Below, one piece after another: positions 44,578-56,983 of a stretch of DNA of 64,000 nt. Numbering within the stretch: the first letter of the stretch is position 1; each line of letters opens with the position of its first letter. The notes under the pieces were generated by a model. It was not told the origin of the DNA and ran no database searches. It worked only from the letters and a program-made list of their open reading frames with translations. The DNA lies in contig CAVQFA010000003.1 in the NCBI GenBank assembly GCA_963711735.1, positions 18,971 to 82,970 of the forward strand. Direction: 5' to 3'. The position numbers were made by a program, and so were the translations under genes. Source of the stretch: Candidatus Gottesmanbacteria bacterium (GTDB taxonomy: Bacteria; Patescibacteriota; Microgenomatia; UBA10105; UBA927).

Positions 44578-45402
44578 TTACTCAAACAGATCTTTCATCA
44601 GTTTCTTCAGTTTCAGCTCATATTTATTCAGTACCGTCTGTTTGAGTTGTTTCCTCTTCTTGTCATATACGTGCCCGCCCATGACGTAGCCCGGCATTTG
44701 CTTGAACGTTGTGTTTAAAAACAACACCGGTAACGCGGATTGTATATACTGTTGCAGTACTTTCATTGTTCCCTGCTTACGCATCCTCCGTAAAGACCAG
44801 ACACAGAGGGTTTCTTTGAGTATAGCAAGGGATATACCGGCTTTCCGAAGCCTCAGCCCGAAATCAACGTCTTCGTGGTATGCGTGTTCCTCGTCGTAAC
44901 CGCCGATCAGATCGTATGCACGGTGTGTAACGAGGGTCAGCGGTCCCGGAGACATTGGGCGGCGGAACCGTATCGACGCTTCGAGGATCAGGTTGCTCAG
45001 TGCCGTCAGCATTGCATCGCCATTTTCTTCCGAGTCGGGACGAAACCAGGTAGCGAGAAGCTCAGGATGATACCTATCTATATACAGTTTTACGCGCTCA
45101 AAAAAATACGGCAACAGAATACTGTCTGCATCGACAAATACCAACCATTCTCCGCCGGAATTTTTTGCACCCAAATTTCGCTGGAGCGGTAAACTGGCCT
45201 TCTTGCTGACAATAACTTTTAAATTCTTTATTTTCCCCTGAAATTCTCTGGCTTTCTCAACGGTTTTGTCTTTGGATGATCCGTCTACCACACAAACTTC
45301 AAAATCCTTATTGGTTTGTGCAGAAAGCGATGCGAGGAGTTGTGGTAAATAATTTTCTTCATTCAGTGTCGGAATGACTACGGAAAATGTTGCTTGTGTC
45401 AT
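44578..45402 (-). CDS. glycosyltransferase family 2
   Basis: SVVIPTLNE, VDGSSKD, FVDAD, EDVD. Confidence 0.92.
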   Translation of the reverse strand: MTQATFSVVIPTLNEENYLPQLLASLSAQTNKDFEVCVVDGSSKDKTVEKAREFQGKIKNLKVIVSKKASLPLQRNLGAKNSGGEWLVFVDADSILLPYFFERVKLYIDRYHPELLATWFRPDSEENGDAMLTALSNLILEASIRFRRPMSPGPLTLVTHRAYDLIGGYDEEHAYHEDVDFGLRLRKAGISLAILKETLCVWSLRRMRKQGTMKVLQQYIQSALPVLFLNTTFKQMPGYVMGGHVYDKKRKQLKQTVLNKYELKLKKLMKDLFE

Positions 45403-45445
45403 ATCTTAATGATGATTATACGGTAAAAAGACTCTGTTCTACAAT

Positions 45446-47197
45446 CTATTTTGAAAATGATGCGTTTTTCTGACTGAGATACATCCTGTCTATTTCTTTT
45501 GTTGATGTAACGTCGCGAATACCTTTGTCAGTGCGGATTCTGACAAGTCTCGGAAACCGTATCGCAATGCCGGCTCCGTGGTTTGACGACTTTGTCAGAT
45601 CATCTCCGGCTATTTCAACAATGAGCTGCGGCCGGATCCACACATCCGGCTCAAGGGATTTATTGACGTCTTTGTATTCTTTCGGCTTCTGGATAGTTTT
45701 CAGTTTTCCAAGCTTCAAGTGAAGGTCGCGCCATAGTTCATCAGATACTCCTGTTCCGACTTTAGTGACAGTGACAAAATCTTCTCCTTTTCGTATTCCG
45801 ACCAGAAAAGCTCCGATTCCGAAATCCGATCGTTTCCCTTCCCCGCGGTAATATCCCATGATTACACCGTCAATGGTATCGGTAAGTTTTCCTGTTTTTC
45901 CTTCTTCTTCCTTAAACTTAACCCAGGAATATCCGCGTCTTCCGGGTTCATACGGGCTCTCCCACTTTTTCACAACCGCCCCCTCCAATCCTTTTTTGAG
46001 CTGTTGGTCATGAAATGTCCGGAGTGTATCGGGATTGTCTGTAACGATTAAAGGAGAAAGCTCAAGCACATTACCCGGCAACACCGTTTCCTCCAGTATT
46101 TTCCGTCTAAGGGAGAGTGGTTGAGACAGGAGATCTTTCCCGTCTTTTACGAGAATATCAAATACATAAAAACGTATCGGAACCTGTGATGAAAATAAAT
46201 CGATCTGGTGTTTCCGTTTCCGTGTCGTAGTTTCCTGAAACGGGAGAATCCTGCCGGTTTTCGGATCCAATCCTACCGCTTCGCTGTCCAGAATTACTTC
46301 ATGGGCGTTGATTTGTTTTCCTATGCGGTCAAACTCCGGAAACATTCCCGTCGTATTTTCCAAATTCCGTGAAAAACTTTGAATTCTGAACTTTATATTT
46401 TGATTCCTGTTTTTTTGGAAATGTATCTGTGTCCGTACTCCGTCATATTTTGGTTCAACTGCCACAGTTCCCATTTTTTCTATCATCTCATCGGCTGTGG
46501 GTATCCGCTGACACAAAGATGCCAGTATCGGCGCACCGACTTTCGCTTTTACGATTCCCAGACCCTCCACTCCGCGCGCTTTTACCGCTTCGGCTATGTA
46601 AGAAATGTCAGGATGGACATTGTATGCATCTTCCAGTTGCATCCGGAGTGATTTATCACCATTCAGCATCCATGACAAGGCATCCAGAATTGTCATATCA
46701 GAAAATCCGAGACGCAGTTTGTCCAATGGAATCCGTGCAATGTAACGGGCTGAGAGAGGATCAACGTCAGAGAAAAGTTCAGCGAGAGCAATGATTTTGT
46801 TATCCTGCGATCCGGCACCGGCCATCTTCGTTATCGCCTGGAGCTTTTCAAAGACATCGGATATATTCAATCCTTTATGTGTCTGTTTGATGTACGATTT
46901 ATTCTTAATTTTTTCTGCAGCTATTCCCAGGTCCCCTGCTTTTTTAAATTCTTCCCAAACCGTTCGAACATCGGTGTTGCATGATACGGCAATAGCACGG
47001 ATCATCAATTTGTCCGCGATACCGAATTCTATGGGCTCATACAAAGGCGCCACGCGCCCCTGGAGGAGAAAACATATCTTCCCTATATCCCCTTTCCCGC
47101 TTTCTTTAAATAACCGGGCAAGCGTTTCGGTCATGGCAAGTCGGGATGAAGTGCCTTCAAGCTTCTGGAAGTATACGGATAATACCGAAAATGTCAT
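45446..47197 (-). CDS. lig: ATP-dependent DNA ligase
   Basis: EPKYDG, LDSE, FDIL, EGAVVK, WVKFK, RFPR. Confidence 0.95.
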   Translation of the reverse strand: MTFSVLSVYFQKLEGTSSRLAMTETLARLFKESGKGDIGKICFLLQGRVAPLYEPIEFGIADKLMIRAIAVSCNTDVRTVWEEFKKAGDLGIAAEKIKNKSYIKQTHKGLNISDVFEKLQAITKMAGAGSQDNKIIALAELFSDVDPLSARYIARIPLDKLRLGFSDMTILDALSWMLNGDKSLRMQLEDAYNVHPDISYIAEAVKARGVEGLGIVKAKVGAPILASLCQRIPTADEMIEKMGTVAVEPKYDGVRTQIHFQKNRNQNIKFRIQSFSRNLENTTGMFPEFDRIGKQINAHEVILDSEAVGLDPKTGRILPFQETTTRKRKHQIDLFSSQVPIRFYVFDILVKDGKDLLSQPLSLRRKILEETVLPGNVLELSPLIVTDNPDTLRTFHDQQLKKGLEGAVVKKWESPYEPGRRGYSWVKFKEEEGKTGKLTDTIDGVIMGYYRGEGKRSDFGIGAFLVGIRKGEDFVTVTKVGTGVSDELWRDLHLKLGKLKTIQKPKEYKDVNKSLEPDVWIRPQLIVEIAGDDLTKSSNHGAGIAIRFPRLVRIRTDKGIRDVTSTKEIDRMYLSQKNASFSK

Positions 47198-47258
47198 CGA
47201 GGTCTATTATATCATCACAAGGTGATTTTACCGTGCAAGTTGAACGATAAGAAGTGTA

Positions 47259-47444
47259 TTAACGAATAAAGAGAAAGTATGTCGCAACGATAAGCCCGAC
47301 GAGAAACACCCCGAATCCCGTTGCAACTTTACCCTCAGCATCCCCTTTTGACATTTTCTCTATGCCCTGGGCAAGGACAACAAGGGCAAATCCCACCGGT
47401 ATGATGAGAAAAAGATATGTGAGTCCCTGTTTTGTAAAATCCAT
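47259..47444 (-). CDS. small two-TM hypothetical protein
   Basis: 61 aa hydrophobic hairpin. Confidence 0.6.
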   Translation of the reverse strand: MDFTKQGLTYLFLIIPVGFALVVLAQGIEKMSKGDAEGKVATGFGVFLVGLIVATYFLFIR

Positions 47445-47492
47445 AAATATTTATGTTTTTATAGTACATTAATGACAATATCAAACCCGCAT

Positions 47493-48536
47493 CTAATTCT
47501 TCAGCACATATTTCGCACCTTTTGTTGTGCCTTCCTTTTTCACTATACCCTTTTTGAGGAGGTCATTCAATTCCCGAAGAACGGTATCTTCGGAGATCAT
47601 AGGAAACAGCTCAAAAAAGGTTTTGTTCTGCAGAAATCCGTTTTCCTGGATAAATTCCACAATCTTGATCTGCCGCTCTGAAAGTGCTAACTGTTGCCCG
47701 CCGAGTGATTTTTTGATTTTAAGATCCGTAGAAAGCGACTTTACCTTATCTTTTATCCGCGTGAGCTCGATTGCAAGCCCTTCCGAAAAATACTCGAGCC
47801 ACGCTGTCTGATTGCCCTCCGCTTTCCCCACGCTCTGAAGTGCTTCATAGTAACTCACCGGCTCACGATCATAATGTTCCTCAAGGGAGAAAAACCGTTT
47901 GACGTCATATCCGTGCCGGAAAAGAACGAGTGTCGCAAGTGCCCGTGCGACCCGTCCGTTTCCGTCGAGGAAGGGGTGTATCCGGACAATTTCGTAATGT
48001 GCGATACCGGCAAGTATTGCGGAATGGATATCCTCACGTGTGATTGTATTCACCCAGTCGAGAAAATCGGCAATCAGAAACGGTACCTCGACAGACGGCG
48101 GAGGACGGAATGTTATCTCACCGGTTTGGGAATTTTTCACAACTACCTGTGTTTTACGGTATTCGCCGACCACCTCATCCGGTAGGATTCTGTGTGTGGT
48201 TAGTTCGTGGATGTGTTTTATGGTCTCTTCCGTAATAGTTTCCTTCTCGTACTCGGAAATAAACTTGAGGACGTTTCTGTAGTTGAGGACTTCCTGGATA
48301 TCGCGGTCACGTCCGACGATTTTAGCCCCGGCCAGCACTTTTTCAGCTTCCGTAAAGTTAAGCTCATTCCCTTCGATATGTGTCCCGTGATGGACGGTGC
48401 GGACGATTGCATCTTCCCGGAATTTAGCCTCCCATGCGGGCACGAGCGGGCTGTTTTCGATAACTTCCTTGGCAGCCTCTATGATGCCGACAGAACGGAG
48501 GAGCTTATTTGAAATGGAATAGATAGGAGTATACAT
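47493..48536 (-). CDS. fic: Fic family protein with C-terminal HTH
   Basis: HPFLDGNGRVAR, N-terminal THIEGN inhibitory motif, winged-helix C-terminus. Confidence 0.92.
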   Translation of the reverse strand: MYTPIYSISNKLLRSVGIIEAAKEVIENSPLVPAWEAKFREDAIVRTVHHGTHIEGNELNFTEAEKVLAGAKIVGRDRDIQEVLNYRNVLKFISEYEKETITEETIKHIHELTTHRILPDEVVGEYRKTQVVVKNSQTGEITFRPPPSVEVPFLIADFLDWVNTITREDIHSAILAGIAHYEIVRIHPFLDGNGRVARALATLVLFRHGYDVKRFFSLEEHYDREPVSYYEALQSVGKAEGNQTAWLEYFSEGLAIELTRIKDKVKSLSTDLKIKKSLGGQQLALSERQIKIVEFIQENGFLQNKTFFELFPMISEDTVLRELNDLLKKGIVKKEGTTKGAKYVLKN

Positions 48537-48636
48537 ACACAAAAAACGTACAACCTACAACCTGGAACTTACAACTCATTGAGTTGTTATTTCCCTTATA
48601 ATACCCGCATCATTCCCGAAAAGCAAGGTGGATTTG

Positions 48637-48837
48637 TTATTTCTTGGAGGTTTTTCGTGCCTGTACAAATTTTTTCTTTCCCTTTGCAACAGCATCTTCC
48701 GCTTTTCCCCATAGTTCCTTTATAGTCCCCTGTGCTTTCTTCCTCCGCTTTTCGTCGGAAAGGAATATTGCGACTGCACCTGCAGCAAGTGCGACTGTTG
48801 TGCCGATAATAAGTCCGATCCCTGTTTTTTTCTTCAT
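48637..48837 (-). CDS. small YtxH-like membrane-anchored protein
   Basis: Gly/Ala-rich TM followed by a Lys-rich helix. Confidence 0.6.
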   Translation of the reverse strand: MKKKTGIGLIIGTTVALAAGAVAIFLSDEKRRKKAQGTIKELWGKAEDAVAKGKKKFVQARKTSKK

Positions 48838-49019
48838 ATCATGTCCTCCTGGCAGTTATTGTGCCTTTCCTGCAGAAAAGAAAAATAAACGGATTACTCT
48901 CCCTTATTGCAGGACTACATCTATCATCCTCTATTGTGTGTATGTAGGTCAAGGTATACTGAGATGATATTCACGTTTGAAGAAACCGGCAGTCAGCAGA
49001 TATAATTTGATACTTAAGT

Positions 49020-50237
49020 TCATTCCGGCTGCTTTCTGAGTGCATCCCTTACCACCTTAAACTCATCCCATGGCTCTTCACCGTATCCGTAATTTATAGA
49101 CTTCTCGTGGCTCTTGCCTGTCAAAAACACAGTATCCCCTTTTCCCGCCTGGGAAATAGCAAACTCTATCGCCTCTTTTCTGTCCGGAATTTCAATAAGC
49201 GTTTTTTGTGCTTTTCTATTCATTATCCGCGAATCGTAATTCGTAAATCCTTTTATACCCGACCTTATTGCATTATTAATATCTTCTATTTTCTCATCTC
49301 TCGGATCTTCAGAGGTTAGAATGATGGTGTCGGAATATTTAGCCGACTCCAAACCCATCTCCGGGCGTTTCGTCGCATCCCGCTTTCCTGCGGACCCGAA
49401 TACATGGACCAGTTTTCCTTTTGTAATTTTTTTAATTTCCGGAAGAATTTTTGCAAATGCATTTGGTGTATGGGCAAAGTCGACAATCACGCGGAAATCT
49501 TTATCGTATACGACTTCCTGTCTTCCTTGTGGTGCCTGAAATGTCGCAAGTCCTTTTTTTATCAGAGAGTCATCGATACCAAGTGCCCGTACTGCACCTG
49601 TTGCAGCCAAACTATTCTGCTTGTTAAAGTCACCGATAAGTTGTGTTTTAAACGGAAACGTTTGTGGCGTCAATACGGCTCTTTTATCAGTAAGTGAGTA
49701 TGTAATAATATTCCTTCCTATAAGCCTCCTTTTCACATCTTCATACGATGCGTCATCCATATTGACGACAGATATATGTGCTTTCAGGAGAAGTCGCAAT
49801 TTTGCATCGACATACTCCCTGTACGTCTTATGATAATCCAGATGTTCATGCGTTATATTGGTAAGAACACCGATGCGGTAGTCAATTCCCCACACTCTGT
49901 ACTGATCAAGCGCGTGGGATGTGGTTTCCAAAACCAGATACTCGTTCCCGGCATCCGCTGCCCGCCGGATATACTTCTGAAGACCAAAAGGCGAAGGGGT
50001 GGTTACATGAAATCCGATATCATATTGATTTTCCCCGATATATGCGCCGATAGATGTTATCATTGCGACCTTCTTCCCTGCGCCCCTGAGAATGTGGTAA
50101 ATGAGGGATGTTGTCGTCGTCTTCCCGTCCGTCCCCGTCACACCGATAACCGTAAGTTTCCTCGAAGGAAATCCATACAGCACGTTTGCCATAATTGCCC
50201 GGAGTAAATGGAAATAGTTTTTCACTTTCTGCCACAT
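49020..50237 (-). CDS. murE: MurE-type UDP-MurNAc-tripeptide synthetase
   Basis: GVTGTDGKTTT, HEHLDYH, VDFAHTP, GSAGKRD, EDPR, GKSHE. Confidence 0.92.
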   Translation of the reverse strand: MWQKVKNYFHLLRAIMANVLYGFPSRKLTVIGVTGTDGKTTTTSLIYHILRGAGKKVAMITSIGAYIGENQYDIGFHVTTPSPFGLQKYIRRAADAGNEYLVLETTSHALDQYRVWGIDYRIGVLTNITHEHLDYHKTYREYVDAKLRLLLKAHISVVNMDDASYEDVKRRLIGRNIITYSLTDKRAVLTPQTFPFKTQLIGDFNKQNSLAATGAVRALGIDDSLIKKGLATFQAPQGRQEVVYDKDFRVIVDFAHTPNAFAKILPEIKKITKGKLVHVFGSAGKRDATKRPEMGLESAKYSDTIILTSEDPRDEKIEDINNAIRSGIKGFTNYDSRIMNRKAQKTLIEIPDRKEAIEFAISQAGKGDTVFLTGKSHEKSINYGYGEEPWDEFKVVRDALRKQPE

Positions 50238-50269
50238 AAGAATGATGGATGATACATTGAACATCCAAA

Positions 50270-51644
<1,375 letters not shown>

Positions 51645-51654
51645 ATTTTCACCC

Positions 51655-52495
51655 TTATATCCGTATCAATTCACTCATCGTCTTTGGTATCTCGTTTGCG
51701 AGGTCTGTCGCGTTGAAGTATGGTCCGACGGTTTTATAGAGCGCATCCCCTGCTTTTTTATTTATATATGATCCTGCAATTGTTGCGAGATACGGATCGT
51801 TCTTTGTCGCAAGTGCAGCGATGAGTCCTGCAAGGACATCCCCTGTCCCGCCTTTGGTCATACCCGCATTCCCGCCTTCAATACTTCTGCTTTCCGTTTC
51901 CGAACACGCGATATCAATTTGTACCTTTGAGAAGAACTATACAATGGTATTTTTCTGCAAAACGTTTACACAAAGACCAGTGTTGAGTCAGGACATGTTT
52001 TCAAAATGTTCGCCGGCAAATCGTCGTCTCTGCCTACAAGGCCATGAAATTCTCCTTCATGAGGTGTCAGTATTGCGCTCTTGGGGATAAGCTGTATGTC
52101 CATCATCTGAAGTGCACCTGCGTCTATGACCCACTGTTTGTCGGATATGTCTTTAATAATCTGTCCGTCAGTGTTTTGGTCTCATTGTCGCGGGTCATAC
52201 CGGGGCCTATGAGGATACAATCATCCTCTTTAACATACTCATCCACCTGGTTTCGCGGTATGACTATTCCGTTGCGGAACTCCGATTTGGTACGTGCGAC
52301 TATTTCGTTATTTTCCGGAACGGATGCGTAGTGGACGAGATCTACGATCCGCGACGCGACAGTGAGAGCCCACAAACTCGCTGCGTGGAAAAGGTGTGAT
52401 CCGCCGATAATAAGCAGCCTACCGTTTTGTCCTTTATGTGAATCCCGTGGCGGAATATACAGGTTATGCAGATCTTTTTGTGTTACTTTTTTCAT
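51655..52495 (-). CDS. nnrD: ADP-dependent NAD(P)H-hydrate dehydratase, apparent frameshifts
   Basis: SHKGQNG, IIGGS, IGPGM, C-terminal MTKGGTGDVLAG. Confidence 0.88.
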
Positions 52496-52510
52496 ACGTG
52501 TGTATCCTGT

Positions 52511-53653
52511 TTATGACGCTGATACCCGTATTATCTCATACGGTACGCCTGATTCGGAAATGAGCGCTATAGATTCTTCTTCTGCCGTCGTGAGTATTGT
52601 CTGTTGATTTTTAATAAGGGATAGTACGAGCTGCCGGTGTTTCGTATCCAACTCCGAAAATATATCGTCAAGGAGAAGAATCGGCCGGTCCTCCGCCCGC
52701 GTGAATATGAAGGAAAGCTCGGCAAGTTTTAGCCACAATACGCCTAACCTCTGTTCTCCTCTGGATCCGTATGTATTTAAATTTCGTGCTCCCGGCAATA
52801 CTGTATTTTCGTTGTTTACGATATTTTTTTGTTTTAGACGCGTGTGTCCGGGTTTCTGCTGTATGGTAAATATGATGTCATCCCTATGCGGTCCTACAAG
52901 CGTTGCACCCGCCTGTATCTCTTCATCTTTATACTCCATAAGCCGCATTTGGGATATCACGCTTTTGTCATACTCCAGTTGATAGAGAGTGCTCAGCGCC
53001 TGCATGCTTACCTCTGTTTGTGGCTGTTTATACGAGTTAACAAACTCAACAAACCGTGCCCGTGCATCAGTCAGATACCCTCCTGCCTGAATAAGAAGGT
53101 GATCCCAAAAAAGTAGCTGGCTTCGGGATGCTTCCCCGTCGCGAATCCGGTCCAGAAGCGAATTTCTTTGCCTCAAACCCCGCTCATACGATGCAAGGTT
53201 TCTCCGGTATTCACGGTCCACCTGTACAAGCACACTATCTAAATATTTCCGCCGGATACTCGGTGAATCCGTGACAAGTTCCAGATCTTCAGGACGGAAA
53301 ACGACAGCTCTCACGTTTCCCACAAAGTCGATTGCTCTTCGCGGTACGCCGTTAACCAGATATTTTTTAACCGGAGCTTTTTGCCCGCCGACAATTCCGC
53401 GGGTTAAAACGAGCTCCGCCTCATCTGCATCTGTTTTAGCTTTCACACGCGCAATATCCGTATCCCATGTAATCATTTCTTTGTCGCTTTCAGCCCTGAA
53501 ACTTTTGCCGGTTGCAGAGAGTGTTATTGCCTCAAGGATATTTGTTTTCCCGCTGGCGTTCGGTCCGAGGATAACTGTGACAAACGGATGGAAAGAGAAT
53601 ACTTGTTTTGTATAACTGCGGAAGTTAGAAAGTGATAGTGATGACAAAAGCAT
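52511..53653 (-). CDS. recF: DNA replication/repair protein RecF
   Basis: NFRSY, GPNASGKTN, GPHRDD, SRGEQR, LLLDDIFSELD. Confidence 0.96.
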   Translation of the reverse strand: MLLSSLSLSNFRSYTKQVFSFHPFVTVILGPNASGKTNILEAITLSATGKSFRAESDKEMITWDTDIARVKAKTDADEAELVLTRGIVGGQKAPVKKYLVNGVPRRAIDFVGNVRAVVFRPEDLELVTDSPSIRRKYLDSVLVQVDREYRRNLASYERGLRQRNSLLDRIRDGEASRSQLLFWDHLLIQAGGYLTDARARFVEFVNSYKQPQTEVSMQALSTLYQLEYDKSVISQMRLMEYKDEEIQAGATLVGPHRDDIIFTIQQKPGHTRLKQKNIVNNENTVLPGARNLNTYGSRGEQRLGVLWLKLAELSFIFTRAEDRPILLLDDIFSELDTKHRQLVLSLIKNQQTILTTAEEESIALISESGVPYEIIRVSAS

Positions 53654-53671
53654 ATACCATATGGTCTCTTT

Positions 53672-54373
53672 TTACCGAATTGTGGTTCCGACAAAGGGTT
53701 TTCCGTCCAATGCTTTTTCGAGGTTATCGAGGTTTCTGCCGTTGAGTATTTTTACCGTTACTCCGAGATCCCTCGCAAGTTTCGAAGCGATGGGGTCAAA
53801 CGGAAGATTCATGCCCGGTATCCACTTATCCCCTGCCATTCTGCAGTACTCCTTCCACCGTATTTCCTTTAAAGGTTTCGCATCCTTGTTTTTCCTCGGA
53901 TCTTTGTCGTATACCTGATCCACATTTGTCATGTTGATTGCAGTCTGTATCCCGTAATCCTGACACAGCGTTATTGCACAGTAATCCGTACTCCATCCCG
54001 GTTTCCAGCCTGCTGCAATAACGATTGGTTCATCAACTTTACGGATAATTTCATAGTGCTTTATAACATGCGAATGTGCGATATCACGGAAAATGACACG
54101 GATCATGTGGGCATTGAGGCGTGTCGCGTGGATACCGATCCAATCGAGATCCTCATTTTCAATCCTGGTTCCTATGACAGACTGGGCAGCCTGCTGGTAG
54201 AGCCGTGTTGTTGCTCCACCTCCGACGACCAAAAAAAATCTCCGTTTTTTTTCGGAGATTTGTTTGCGGAGGAATGTGTTGAGGGCGGTAAGAAATTCTG
54301 TATCAATTCCGCTTGAAGGGACGACGAGCGATCCTCCGAGCGATAAAATAAATGCGTTCTTCCCGACACTCAT
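53672..54373 (-). CDS. pyrH: UMP kinase (archaeal type)
   Basis: SLGGS, VVGGG, DWIGIHATRLNA, PGWSTD, VYDKDP, PFDP. Confidence 0.92.
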   Translation of the reverse strand: MSVGKNAFILSLGGSLVVPSSGIDTEFLTALNTFLRKQISEKKRRFFLVVGGGATTRLYQQAAQSVIGTRIENEDLDWIGIHATRLNAHMIRVIFRDIAHSHVIKHYEIIRKVDEPIVIAAGWKPGWSTDYCAITLCQDYGIQTAINMTNVDQVYDKDPRKNKDAKPLKEIRWKEYCRMAGDKWIPGMNLPFDPIASKLARDLGVTVKILNGRNLDNLEKALDGKPFVGTTIR

Positions 54374-54504
54374 AATAAATTTGTCATTAAAAAAATTCGC
54401 GTGTATCAAATACGCGTATTTTTATATGCTAACAGAAAAATGACGTTTGTCAAATCAGATCGTTTGAGTAATCTCTCTGGAAATCATCTCTGCAACAGAC
54501 AAAA

Positions 54505-55362
54505 TTACTTTTTTGCTTTCCGGTTTGTTCTGATGTCCTTCTTCTCAACCGTATCCGTTACTACAACTTCATCCACTCCCGATGCTTCTATCGCATCCTG
54601 GGCACCATCGACGTACAAATGATGGGTTGCCGCGACAGTCACGGTTTTCGCACCTTTCCCTTTGAGGAATTTCGTCGCTTCGGCAATTGTTCCGCCGGTG
54701 ACGATAAGATCGTCAATGATGATGATATCTGCATTTTCCACTGACCTCGTCATGCCCGATACTGTAATCCTGCCTGTAGTAAGATCCCGTTTTTTATCCA
54801 GGTAACAGATGGGTACCCCGAGTGTTTCGGCAAATGAGGATGATGATTTGACGGATCCGGCATCAGGCGCAACAACAACGGTAGTATTCTTTTTACGCAG
54901 TTGGAAATACTCTTCGAAGAGGGGTCGGGCGGTCAGGTTTACAACAGGTATATCAAAAAATCCTAAAATTGCGGGGTTATGAAGATCTATGGTGATGAGA
55001 CGTTTTAAAGGAACGGCTGATTGAAGAATTTTCGCGACAACCTTCACGGATAACGGCTCGCCGGAACGGAACACTTTATCCTGTTTGCTGTATGCAAGCC
55101 ACGGTATAACGGCAACAATAGGCGACGCACCCATGCGGGCAACTGCATCAGCAAGAAGTGCAAATTCTATGATGCGCCGGTCAACCGGTTCAGAAAGTGA
55201 TTGGATAATGACAGCAGGACCGCTTATCTGCTTTTCTCTCACCCACACTCTCGTTTCCCCATTTGCAAATATTGTTGTTTCGACTGTACCGCACGGTATT
55301 CCGGACTCATGATATAAACGCGCTGCAAGTAATGCACTGCCTGATCCGGAAAATATCTGCAT
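54505..55362 (-). CDS. prs: ribose-phosphate pyrophosphokinase
   Basis: FANGE, YSKQDK, IDLH, VAPDAG, IDDLIVTGGT. Confidence 0.92.
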   Translation of the reverse strand: MQIFSGSGSALLAARLYHESGIPCGTVETTIFANGETRVWVREKQISGPAVIIQSLSEPVDRRIIEFALLADAVARMGASPIVAVIPWLAYSKQDKVFRSGEPLSVKVVAKILQSAVPLKRLITIDLHNPAILGFFDIPVVNLTARPLFEEYFQLRKKNTTVVVAPDAGSVKSSSSFAETLGVPICYLDKKRDLTTGRITVSGMTRSVENADIIIIDDLIVTGGTIAEATKFLKGKGAKTVTVAATHHLYVDGAQDAIEASGVDEVVVTDTVEKKDIRTNRKAKK

Positions 55363-55374
55363 ATGTGAATTCCA

Positions 55375-56172
55375 TTATACCTCGTTGCGTGTGCCAATGG
55401 GTAACATAACGAGAAGTGGAGCTAATGCTGATACGATAAAATGCTGTGCTTTTTTAAAATCTGTGCCTTCCGGAACATTCCCGAGGGTTATGTCATGCGA
55501 ACAGTCAAGCGCACGGATGATCTGCTGAACAAAGAAGTACACGTCTTCATCCTGAGTGCCTACAATCGGAACCAGTTCATTGACAGTCAATGATGTTAGT
55601 ACTGCATACGTGACTCGCCCGACACCGACTTGCCGGAGGTGTATTGTTGATAATTGCGCTTTCTTTCCCCTTTCAACGATATCATCCAGAAGCACAATGT
55701 GTCGGGGCAATTGCTGATTCTCTCTTTGTAACAATTGCCTGAGCTTCTCATCTAAATCCGCACCAGCTTCCGTATCCCCGGTGTCTATTGCATGCTGATA
55801 CAGAATGGTGTTTTCCCTGTCTCTGAACCACAAAACCGGTATTTCGCCGATTGTGTGAAGAATGGATTCTTTATAGAGTGAATGGAACAATACTTCGCCA
55901 CTATATCCCGCTACGACAACACAATCAGGGTCCTTTTTGTTGATTATCTCACGAATGTGTTCTGCAGCCTGTTTAATCCTTGTATGTAAACCACGTTCTA
56001 ATCCTTTTTCGATAATCGATGTTCTGAATTGATACCTTTCTTCCAACGGATTTTGATAGGGACTTGTCGGATCGTACAGGAATTCTGACATCGACCGTCC
56101 CATCCTGTATTGAAGAGTTGAAGCAATTTCCTGCCGCGCATCATTAAGCTGTGCCCATTCATGAGGTAACAT
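55375..56172 (-). CDS. hypothetical protein with PRTase-like motif
   Basis: IVLLDDIVERG resembles a PRPP-binding loop. Confidence 0.55.
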   Translation of the reverse strand: MLPHEWAQLNDARQEIASTLQYRMGRSMSEFLYDPTSPYQNPLEERYQFRTSIIEKGLERGLHTRIKQAAEHIREIINKKDPDCVVVAGYSGEVLFHSLYKESILHTIGEIPVLWFRDRENTILYQHAIDTGDTEAGADLDEKLRQLLQRENQQLPRHIVLLDDIVERGKKAQLSTIHLRQVGVGRVTYAVLTSLTVNELVPIVGTQDEDVYFFVQQIIRALDCSHDITLGNVPEGTDFKKAQHFIVSALAPLLVMLPIGTRNEV

Positions 56173-56188
56173 ATAATATTAAATGTTA

Positions 56189-56983
56189 TTAAGCAAACTT
56201 TTGTATCATACCTGTGCGACGGGCTGATCGCCAGCTGGACAGAAAAAACAGTATGGAAAGCAGTATATAGATTATATTCAAAATTGTCGCTTCCGCAACC
56301 CCCTGCCAATTGACAGCGCCTCCTGCCAAGACTCCCCGTAGTCCTTCAAACACATAGCTTGACGGGATAAACCGGGCAATAACCTGCATCCATCCCGGGA
56401 GAATTGATACGGGGTAAAATACGGCAGAAAACGGCTGGAGGATGACAACAAGAGACCAGACAAACGCCTGCACGCGGTTGCCGAACCGGAGAATCATACC
56501 CTGGATAAAAAATCCTGCCCACCATCCGACCAGAAGTAAATTGATTATAAACGGGATAATCCCCCACCCGATGGTAAATATGTTCAGGGAAAAAAAGAAA
56601 AATGCTATTGCCATGGCAAAAATGACGGATATGGCAAGCTTAATTCCGCCGATAATAAGTGATGCAATGGTAAATTCGGCAATGGAAACGGGTGACGTCA
56701 TGATGTTTACAAGATTCCTGTCCCAAATTTCCTTTAAGAAAGTAAACCCGAGTTCCTGCTGGGAACGGTACACGATCATCCAGAGGATGATGCCGGAGAG
56801 GACCATTGTCGTAACCGTTCCTCCCATACCCGCATCCCGCCTGATGTAAAGGGACATAAGTCCCCAGACAACAAGATCAAAAGTCGGCCACCACAATGTT
56901 TCGAGTAACCCTTCTATCTCGCGTGTCCACGTGATGGTATGCCGCCAAACGATGGCGTTGATTCTCCGTATACTATTCCTCAT
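56189..56983 (-). CDS. ABC-2 type transporter permease
   Basis: Six TM helices, EIWDRN...SP, VFYPVSILP. Confidence 0.9.
   Translation of the reverse strand: MRNSIRRINAIVWRHTITWTREIEGLLETLWWPTFDLVVWGLMSLYIRRDAGMGGTVTTMVLSGIILWMIVYRSQQELGFTFLKEIWDRNLVNIMTSPVSIAEFTIASLIIGGIKLAISVIFAMAIAFFFFSLNIFTIGWGIIPFIINLLLVGWWAGFFIQGMILRFGNRVQAFVWSLVVILQPFSAVFYPVSILPGWMQVIARFIPSSYVFEGLRGVLAGGAVNWQGVAEATILNIIYILLSILFFLSSWRSARRTGMIQKFA

Noticed and set aside
43106-48536. EndoQ-like, ATP ligase and Fic as a prophage or defence island
   Set aside because: No integrase, structural genes or att sites; genes are interspersed with housekeeping functions.
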